Part shown: positions 36,594 through 45,789 of the stretch, in pieces
Layout of the letters: each line of letters starts with the position of its first letter
Position numbering within the stretch: position 1 is the first letter of the stretch
DNA from: Octopus bimaculoides
Lineage: Eukaryota
Length of the DNA stretch: 45,789 nt
NCBI RefSeq assembly: GCF_001194135.2
Contig: NC_069000.1
Coordinates: forward strand, 1,256,166-1,301,954
Reading direction: 5' to 3'
Program-made: the position numbers and the translations under genes
The notes under the pieces: model-generated
The model's database searches: none
What the model was told of the DNA's origin: nothing
Seen by the model: the letters and a program-made list of their open reading frames with translations, nothing else

Positions 36594-36644
36594 AATACAT
36601 ACATACATATATATACAACACACACACACATATATAACGAGTCT

Positions 36645-36749
36645 TTACAAGACTAGACTAGTTTTCTGTTCTCCGCTTCAGAATTCACCAGAGTTGAAAT
36701 ATCCAAACGAATTCTGTCTGAAGGCCACAAGACTAGTCTAGTCTTGTAA
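36645..36749. repeat. 105-bp element with perfect 18-bp terminal inverted repeats (mini-MITE or hairpin)
   Basis: TTACAAGACTAGACTAGT (36645-36662) and ACTAGTCTAGTCTTGTAA (36732-36749). Internal imperfect IR CTTCAGAATTC / GAATTCTGTCTGAAG. Confidence 0.7.
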
Positions 36750-37174
36750 TAGTCATCATTGTCTTCGATAAATGCATCCACTCGATGTATTAATTTGTGT
36801 GGTTTGGTGGGTGTCGTATCGGGAATACATAAAATTTGTGTGTGTGTGTCAACATTTCTCCTAATGCGCTCAAGACCTGAAAATTTGGCAGAGGGGAACA
36901 GTTGGCTGCATCTGTCCCGAAAGGATGGAAGTCGAAGTCGGCGAAATTCGAGGAAAATTTATATCAAGTGGATATAATTTTAATTCCTTACTTCCTAGTG
37001 CCTTGGTTCGAATCCATTGTGGGCATTTCGTTGGTTATTTTAAGCAGTATATATTTAAATCTGCGCGCCTTAGTCTGTTTGGCTGTCGAGGTACCAACCA
37101 TTCTCCGGTTGGCTGGCGCAGCATCCAGGACGGAGTTTAATTCATCGTCTCATTAACAACAGCACGTCCCTCAC

Positions 37175-37204
37175 CTGAGCCTCAGCTCCTAAAGATCCAG
37201 CCCT
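37175..37204 (-). other. Candidate 30-nt symmetric micro-exon (RAGSLGAEAQ)
   Basis: Acceptor TTGGTTTCTGCATTCCAG and donor CAG|GTGAGG; only phase 0 is open. Confidence 0.35.
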
Positions 37205-39574
37205 CTGGAATGCAGAAACCAATAAGAAGGCCTCTGCATGATCTTTCAGTGTGCACGAAACAGCAATCAAATTCTAACTCACACTCCACTATCTTGATTC
37301 AGGAGGAATACATTGGATAATGTAATTGTAAATTCCTCATTAAAAAAAACGGTCTCAAGTGGATTGTCTTTAATAACTATTCGATCACATCTGACTTGAA
37401 GCTAAACAATATTTATGTTCATTATATTATAGAATTCCACAATTAATCACACTGATTAAGAGCAGTTCATGTTTTAATCTTTTGTGGTTATTTAACCCCA
37501 GCCGACATTTGATGTTGTAAGATATATTAGACTCATTAATATTTAAATATAATGATGACGAGGTGTTAATATTCCATTCAAAAACTGCATTATTAACATG
37601 TTGGAGGGGCGTAAAGAGCGAAGTGGATCCCGACAGGATTTTATCTTTGAACATTAAGATAAAATAATGGCAAGCATTTTTATCCTACTCCTCTACCAGT
37701 TCCTCTACTGGCGATCTCGTACGCTCAAAAATGATGACGATTTTCTAACATCGACATTTAAGGGGTGGAGGTATGGTCGGAATCTGGTGGTGGTGGTGGT
37801 CGATGGAAGACAACATTGAACTTGCTCGATGTGGTTTTGAACCTAGAACGTTCATTAAAGGGAACGTATTATTTCATTTATCGACTCAGTGTTCCCCCAG
37901 AAGTCTGACGACATCGTTTGACGGATGTGAACTCCTGAAATGGAACGGGTCGTAATGTAAATCATGACATGTATTTAATTGATGCTCAATTTATCTGCAA
38001 TTGACTGGTTATACTTCTACAATACACAAAAAATCTTAACAATTCTTTAATAATATTCAGTTATAGAAATATAATAGAATTTTTTTAAACATCGAATGGC
38101 TGTGAGGGTCCACTTAAGTAAAATAGGAATGAAAGGGGTCCCTTGGCTAGAAAATAGTTGAGAATCACTGGTCTGGACCATTCTGCCCGCTTTAGCTCTG
38201 ATCATAATTGTAATTCTAATAAAATATCATTTTTCATCGTGTTTCTAATAATGATTCCTGACAACAGAGCATATACGCGACCCCTTCGAATTGCTAAAGA
38301 TAGCAGTCAAATTTTCTCTGATCATGCCCTGCGATCGGCTGACATGTATAGAATGGCTACCAAATCTCCCTCTTATTACGCTGAGAAAATGAAGGACATA
38401 CCGAACAATATAGTCTGAGGGTATAGTCATGGCTGGAATGCCCTTCAATGCAGGTTTACTCCATCGAGGGTGGGTGGGTGCTAGCAGCACATAGGTTCTA
38501 AGAAACTGATATGTGTGTGTATTTTTTACTGTTTTACTTGTTTCAGTCATTTGACTGCGGCCATACTGGAGCACCGCCTATATATATACATACATATATA
38601 TATATATACCAGCATGGAAAGACGGACAGTGTATAATGAAGCTGCTGATATCTGTATCTATCTATCTATATCTATATATATATATGTGTGTGTAAAGACG
38701 GTGATATTAGTAAGTCTCGTTTCAACGTCAGTTCTTTGGCTGGAGATAAAAGTGCATTTCTTAGGCAATGACACTATCGTTTTGTTTGTTTTTGTTTTTC
38801 TTCTTTGCCAAGGCGCCGTACTATACCAGCAGTACTTAGAGGAGTGCCGCCGCTTATTGCTGCAGTTCTTCCTTTCATTGAAATGATATTTGATGCTAAC
38901 AACGGTCCATTTATTTATTCTGACCTGTTGCCCACATCTACCTTGGACAATAAAAACATACACCGACTGCTTACCCCGTGCCAGTCCCTAACTGAAGAGA
39001 TCCATGATCAGAGTTAGACCGAACTACATCGCCCAGTCTAAGTTCAAGGTCTTTTCCTCCTATTTCTAATTACTGGTTGTTATTATTTAACCCCTGGTCA
39101 CTGGCAAGACTTATCACAAAAGCCATGAGCATCTCGCCCCGCTAATTTTTCAGCAATCGAATGCCTTTCATCACAAAACCGTGTGGGATTATTTTTGAGG
39201 CTGATAGGATTGTATTTGGACGCTGGTATTTCTTACCATGTCTCGATCTATAATAGTTGGACCGTTTGTAGTGTTGGCCATATGTGTATTATGTCTTTTC
39301 TGCAACACTTTCTTGGTATGACGACCACCTCAAGATATATTTTTCCACGTTTTCTAAAGCTGCTACAATATTCACACAATCACTGGTCTCTCGATATCTC
39401 TCCGCCGCCATCCTCCTCACTATATGATTCATTCTCTTTCACTCGGTGAAGCCACAACGCTTTATAAGTACATGTGTATGTGCATGCGTAAAATATATGA
39501 TTAAGGAGATATGTGTGTGTTTGTGTGTATAAAAATATATGTATGCACATATGAATATATATGCATGTATATAA

Positions 39575-39799
39575 AAGCTTCAAATTTTGGTACAAGGCCG
39601 GCAAGTTCGGAAGAGGGGGTAAGTCGATTAGATTGACCCCCTCCCTAGTACCCAATTGGTACTTATTATATCGACCACGAAAGAATGAAAGACAGACTTG
39701 ACGTCGGCTTAATTTGAACTCAGAACGTAGAGACGGGCAACATGACACTAAGCATTTTATTACCCATGGTGCGAACCATTCTGCCACCTCGACGCCTTT
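39575..39799 (-). mobile_element. SINE family B copy
   Basis: Reverse complement matches the 44052 copy (TTTGAACTCAGAACGTAG...TTCTGCCA...CGCCTT). Confidence 0.75.
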
Positions 39800-40017
39800 A
39801 TGCATGTATATATATTAATATATGTATGCATGTGTGTGTGTGTGTATATGTATAGTGTGTATATTTGGTTTTAGGAAAGACATGGAGTTGTGGAAACCAT
39901 GCGAAATCAGGCTGGATTCTGGTGCAGCCACCCAGCTTACCAACCCTGGTCAAACCATCCACCCAATAGCAGCATGAATAACGGACGTTCACTGATGATG
40001 AGGGTGATATATATATA

Positions 40018-40071
<54 letters not shown>

Positions 40072-40495
40072 NNNNNNNNNNNNNNNNNNNNNNNNNNNNN
40101 NNNNNNNNNNNNNNNNNNNNNNNNNNNNNNNNNNNNNNNNNNNNNNNNNNNNNNNNNNNNNNNNNNNNNNNNNNNNNNNNNNNNNNNNNNNNNNNNNNNN
40201 NNNNNNNNNNNNNNNNNNNNNNNNNNNNNNNNNNNNNNNNNNNNNNNNNNNNNNNNNNNNNNNNNNNNNNNNNNNNNNNNNNNNNNNNNNNNNNNNNNNN
40301 NNNNNNNNNNNNNNNNNNNNNNNNNNNNNNNNNNNNNNNNNNNNNNNNNNNNNNNNNNNNNNNNNNNNNNNNNNNNNNNNNNNNNNNNNNNNNNNNNNNN
40401 NNNNNNNNNNNNNNNNNNNNNNNNNNNNNNNNNNNNNNNNNNNNNNNNNNNNNNNNNNAAATTGAATAGTGTTCAGTCAACGGTCAATCATAATA

Positions 40496-40533
<38 letters not shown>

Positions 40534-41343
40534 ATATATGTGTGTGTGTATATATGTTTATGTATATATATGCATGTATATTAGCACCTGACTGACCCTC
40601 GTGCCAGTGGCACGTAAAAGCACCCACTATACTCTCGGAGTGGCTGGCATTGAAGGGTCACACTTTCGAGGAGAAACCTGTGTTTTTCTGCAGTGACCCT
40701 GGCAGTGCACAGGATCAGAGTTGCACGTACTGTAACCTCTTGATCAAATTCTGCTCTACATGTCTCACGGAAATTTAGAACAAAAACCCCGATCAAGATA
40801 ACCATGCTGGTATCTTTGTAGAAATGCTGTCGTGGTTATTACAAGGCTACGTCTAAAATGAAGCTGATGATGGCTTATCAACTGTATGTGTGTTTCTGTA
40901 TACGTTCACGTATAAATATATGTTGGTGGTGTATTGCAGTGTATTCATGTATATGTAATTGTGTATATGCATATACATGTGTGTGTGTATGTATATATGC
41001 ACAAATTTATAAATATATACATATATCCAGCATGGCCCTTAGTGTGTTGGCTGAAACACGCAAATATGATTGTACTTGTGTGCATATTTACATATATCTG
41101 TATAATGTGTGTATACACATATATACACACACACACACACATATACGCACATGCATGTTTCTGTGTGAAACAGCCTTCTTTCAGTTCCCGTCTTCTAACA
41201 AGAGTTTACTCTTCCCAGGGCTGTGGTACAGGACAAGTTGTCCAAGAGGGTGACAAAGCTGGAATTGAACCTGATAACATATGGCTGGGAAGCAAAACTT
41301 GTTTAAACACAAAAAATGGCATGCCTGGATGGTTATGTATAAA

Positions 41344-41381
<38 letters not shown>

Positions 41382-42344
41382 NNNNNNNNNNNNNNNNNNN
41401 NNNNNNNNNNNNNNNNNNNNNNNNNNNNNNNNNNNNNNNNNNNNNNNNNNNNNNNNNNNNNNNNNNNNNNNNNNNNNNNNNNNNNNNNNNNNNNNNNNNN
41501 NNNNNNNNNNNNNNNNNNNNNNNNNNNNNNNNNNNNNNNNNNNNNNNNNNNNNNNNNNNNNNNNNNNNNNNNNNNNNNNNNNNNNNNNNNNNNNNNNNNN
41601 NNNNNNNNNNNNNNNNNNNNNNNNNNNNNNNNNNNNNNNNNNNNNNNNNNNNNNNNNNNNNNNNNNNNNNNNNNNNNNNNNNNNNNNNNNNNNNNNNNNN
41701 NNNNNNNNNNNNNNNNNNNNNNNNNNNNNNNNNNNNNNNNNNNNNNNNNNNNNNNNNNNNNNNNNNNNNNNNNNNNNNNNNNNNNNNNNNNNNNNNNNNN
41801 NNNNNNNNNNNNNNNNNNNNNNNNNNNNNNNNNNNNNNNNNNNNNNNNNNNNNNNNNNNNNNNNNNNNNNNNNNNNNNNNNNNNNNNNNNNNNNNNNNNN
41901 NNNNNNNNNNNNNNNNNNNNNNNNNNNNNNNNNNNNNNNNNNNNNNNNNNNNNNNNNNNNNNNNNNNNNNNNNNNNNNNNNNNNNNNNNNNNNNNNNNNN
42001 NNNNNNNNNNNNNNNNNNNNNNNNNNNNNNNNNNNNNNNNNNNNNNNNNNNNNNNNNNNNNNNNNNNNNNNNNNNNNNNNNNNNNNNNNNNNNNNNNNNN
42101 NNNNNNNNNNNNNNNNNNNNNNNNNNNNNNNNNNNNNNNNNNNNNNNNNNNNNNNNNNNNNNNNNNNNNNNNNNNNNNNNNNNNNNNNNNNNNNNNNNNN
42201 NNNNNNNNNNNNNNNNNNNNNNNNNNNNNNNNNNNNNNNNNNNNNNNNNNNNNNNNNNNNNNNNNNNNNNNNNNNNNNNNNNNNNNNNNNNNNNNNNNNN
42301 NNNNNNNNNNNNNNNNNNNNNNNNNNNNNNNNNNNNNNNNNNNN
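41382..42344. other. Assembly gap (N-run); other gaps at 5310-5319, 7651-8118, 10281-10390, 13789-13969, 20627-20708, 35280-35701, 40072-40458
   Basis: Direct. Most gaps abut (TA)n or poly-C tracts, typical of short-read scaffolds. Confidence 0.99.
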
Positions 42345-44051
42345 ATATATATATATATATATATATATATAGGTTAGAAACAGATGTTCTCTGTATAGAA
42401 TACACTTTTTAAGTGCTCAAAAGATTTGAACTTGAACCGAGAGATGAGTAAATGTAATGACAAGCAAGTTAGGCCCCCTCCTCCCCCCAGAAACAGCTGT
42501 TGGACTCACCATTTAACTCCTGATATCATTTATATCCTGTAAGTCGCACTATTATGTGTATATATATATATATACCCTTTATCGTTAAAGGTGCGAAACT
42601 GAATATAACCAATTGGTCGATAATTGATGAAGAATTACGGATCTTCTGTTTGTCTCCCGTTCGTTTTTACATTCAATATACGTTGTCTGTTTGTTTACCA
42701 CACGTTTTCTATATACATATACATATACACACACACATATATATATATAATAGTGTGTGTATATGTTTCCTTGAGTACATGCATGAATACTCAAGAGTTG
42801 ATTATCTGAACGAAGGAGGCGTCGTTCATTTTGTTCGGCTATCTGCTCTGATCGTAACAAAAAAAAAATAATAATAAAAAAGCCGAAGCCATACTGAAAA
42901 TTGTTAGGTAAAAAAAAAGGAAAGAAAGAAATGATGTTTATAGAGTTTTAATGTCATCGAATCCATAAAAATGTGTAAGAAACACTGGATATTATTTTAG
43001 AATTAATGATATTTCCCAAACTGAAAATAAAGAAAACATCACGTCATGAATTGTTTACAAACTCAAATATGGAAATTTAATGAAGCATGACGTAATTAGG
43101 AAAAAAATTGCATTTGCGTGGCGTACACAACGTGACGGTTGTTGAGTGTATTCGAAGATAATTAAGGTAGAAATGGGTGATTATTGAGGGATGAATGTCC
43201 CTGGTCACTGGGCGATTGATAGGTTTCTGTCTCGTGTTTGATTTGTCAGCGCAGGCGTGGCTGGCTTCCCAACTACGTTGTTTCGAGTTCAGTACTACTG
43301 CGCGGTCCGTGAGCAAGTGTTTTTCTGGTATAGTCCTGGGCCGACTAAACCTTGTGAGCGGATTCGGTAGACAGAGAGTGTGTGTGTCTGTGCGCGCAAC
43401 CTGTGTTGATATATAAGCAATGGTTGTTTGATTTCTTCCGTGGGGGAAATATTACCTTGCTTTGAAAACAGGTGTGAGGGTTGACGACAGGTAGAGTATC
43501 CAGCCGCAGAAAATTCTGCCCCAACAAATTCTGTCTGACTGATGCAAGCATGGAAAAATGGACTTTTGACGGAGATGCGTGAATTTAAAACGGCATCGAT
43601 TTCGTCTTGTTCTTCGTAGTGTTTTCGTGTAAAGTCGCAGACGGTCGATAGTTTTATGGTTGAGGACTGGAAGAATCATCTCTATCTGATTTTCTGTCTC
43701 ATTCTTGCCGTCCCTACGTTCTCCATGTTTGTCTGTGACTCTTAAAACTGTGAAAGGAGGCGCTTGATGATATCTCGTGTCTCCTTTCACCTTAATCCAC
43801 TCAGCCTCTTCGAATTTTCCTAATTCCAGCAATTCCTAAGCTCTTAGTAAATATCAGTGCTTGCTGGTTGATCTAACCGCTTCGCTTCGCTCTCACAACT
43901 ACCAATGCACAGTTCGTAGAACCAACGATGCGGTCCCAAGAAGCAACAGTCATGTACAAATACCTCCTTCACTGTCAATGACTTGATCATTTCCCTAACA
44001 TTCTTTTTGTACGTCCTCGAAAATGTTTCGCTGATAATATTTCTTCATCGT

Positions 44052-44270
44052 TAAAGCGTCGAGCCAGCAGAATCGTTAGCACGCCGGGCGAGATGCTTAA
44101 CGGTATTTCGTCTGTCTTTACGTTCTGAGTTCAAACTGCTGCCGAGGTCGACTTTGCCTTTCATCCTTTCGGGGTCGATAAATTGAGTTTTGGGGTCGAT
44201 GTGATCGAGTGTCCCCCCCCCCCCTCCACAAAATCCAGGCCTTGTGCCTTTAGTAGAAAGGATTATTATT
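44052..44270 (+). mobile_element. tRNA-derived SINE, family B (central GCCTTTCATCCTTTCGGGGTCGATAAA domain; possibly Deu/Nin-type)
   Basis: Multiple copies in the window: ~7108-7305(+), 12199-12413(+), 14691-14812(-), 14820-14996(-), 22730-22825(+), 24234-24300(+), 25885-26020(+), 30270-30347(+), 36860-36960(-), 39575-39799(-), 44271-44465(+). All share the GTTCTGAGTTCAAATTCC B-box-like motif. The domain name is recalled, not verified. Confidence 0.8.
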
Positions 44271-44469
44271 TAAGACGGTGGATTGGCAGAAACGTTAGCA
44301 CGTCGAGCGAAATACGTCTGCCGCTACGTTCTGAGTTCAAACTCCGCCGAGGTTGACTTCGCCTTTCATCTTTTGAGAGCTAATTGAATTGGTACCGGTT
44401 ACGCACTGGGTTTCCCCCTAAATTTGGGTTCCCCCAAATCTGAGGCGTTGTGCTTGCAGTAGAAAAACA

Positions 44470-44900
44470 AAATACAGATGACGAGTGGATTTATCAGTGC
44501 TAGTGACGGTGATGCAGAGGTTAAATTCGAACTGCGACCCCTCTGCATTCTATGTTCCGGTGAGCGCAAGTGTTGTTTGTCCGACAATGCAAGCCAAAGG
44601 AATCCATTTTCATCAGAATTGTACAAATTGTTCATGTTCATAATTTTCTTGGTGCTCAGGTGTTGGCAGTGATTGTCTTCATTCATCCCTGGACCTGTGT
44701 TCACCAACAGCGCTGTCCTTTATGATCTTTGCCGTGCAGTGATCGGATCTTTGATGTTTCATCGGGCTTTGAGTATTATGTACAACAAAACACTCAGGGA
44801 AATTGATAATTTTGTTTTCGTATTTCTTCCTTCATCGAAATAAGGGACCTTCTATATCGTCGCTCGACCAGTGAGTGGTAGAGAAAGACGAGGCAAATCT
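44470..44900 (-). mobile_element. pogo/Tigger (CENP-B-like DDE_1) transposase remnant
   Basis: Minus strand gives NNLYNSDENGFLWLALSDK, resembling the family motif IYNADETGLFWxxLPDKT. A frameshifted TLALTG and a PLVI follow, with weak HTH-CENPB-like residues upstream. Heavily degenerate; no TIRs found. Confidence 0.55.
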
Positions 44901-45789
44901 CGCCTGACATCTTAAAAATTCATTCATTGACAATGTGAGAATGTCGAGTGACGGTTACCTAGGATTATATCCTCGATTACAGTTGACCCCCAATATAAGC
45001 CGTCACTGGATTCAAGGAGTTAATTCCCGCTGCTCTGAAATTCTAAGTTCAAAACTTGTCTTTAACCATCCCAGGATGTTCAACGTTGTTGAGCGACGAC
45101 GACCCCAAATGATCAAAGGTATTGCCGGCCTTGGCCATTCTACAGCTACGTATACTATTCAATACATCCTTCCCTCTTTAAAACGGTGGGGTTAAGCTTG
45201 CTACCTGTAGAGGTTCTTCACAGAGTTGTCGTATAACTCAATCCAGCAGACGTGGGAGCAAGAGCATTCCAGCGGTGCCCACCCTGTCTTTTTTAGCGGT
45301 ATTTTAAAGTACTCTCTCCAATACCCTCCCTGCTTTTTTCCCCCCTTTTCTTTTCTAAAGACGGTAGGGATAGAATGACTTATATTTAGTAGGTCGGGTC
45401 GCCACGTAATAGGTGACTCACCCCTCAAGAAGTAATTTACCAGGAGCGAATTCGAACGTCTGTATCCCCTTTCTGCCGCGTACAGATTATTCTGTCAGCG
45501 AGGGGGTGGGGGGTTAGAAGCACGTTATTTCTGTAATGAACACCGAATGATTTGGTGTGAACCTAAGAGTGGGTGGAGGGTGGGCGGTACTTCCGATCGA
45601 CCTAATTCAGTGGTGGCGGCGGCGGAGTTTGCGTCAGCGTTTTACCATTCAGAATAAAACAGCTGTAAATGGTGGCAAACAGTGACGGCAGTGTATTTTC
45701 AGGCTCCAAATCATCCCTGATTAAGCAGACAAGTCGTTCGGTTCGTTCCAGCTGTGCGACCTTCCCACTTCCTTTTGTCTAGAATTACA

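Noticed and set aside
36990-37030. GGTTCGAATCC perfect B-box suggesting a tRNA gene
   Set aside because: No A-box, acceptor stem or cloverleaf could be built around it.
40934-42412. Longest ORFs in the track (492, 399 and 363 aa; also 7524-8147, 35232-36056, 39890-40584)
   Set aside because: They are open only because they run through N-gaps and (TA)n repeats.
43452-43832. 126-aa minus-strand ORF (LELGKFEEAEWIKVKG...)
   Set aside because: Non-ATG start, the last third is SINE sequence, and there are no convincing splice sites or motifs. Worth a BLAST but not supportable as a CDS.

Overview
AT-rich animal genomic DNA packed with microsatellites, with eight N-gaps. The SINE and LINE repertoire looks like Octopus (coleoid cephalopod); this comes from recognising repeat families, not from a database hit. 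I cannot identify any intact host protein-coding gene, and nearly all ORFs in the supplied track are microsatellite or gap artefacts. The best-supported features are transposons: (1) a 765-bp internally deleted Merlin/IS1595-type element with ~85-bp TIRs and a perfect 8-bp TSD, sitting in a CpG-rich promoter-like stretch; (2) a decayed RTE LINE 3' fragment with a C4HC3 PHD finger inside ORF2; (3) an R4/Dong-like RT fragment; (4) a mariner 3' fragment whose 5' part is inverted; (5) a Tc1/mariner MITE with TA TSD; (6) a 364-bp foldback MITE; (7) a pogo/Tigger-like remnant; (8) a CR1-like tail and many SINE copies. By eye the window splits into CpG-depleted (~0-2.9 kb, ~5-32 kb) and CpG-retaining (~3-4.8 kb, ~32.4-45.8 kb) domains, which suggests a methylated gene body bounded by promoters. 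Several candidate exons and micro-exons are reported at low confidence. No new biological system can be confirmed from sequence alone.
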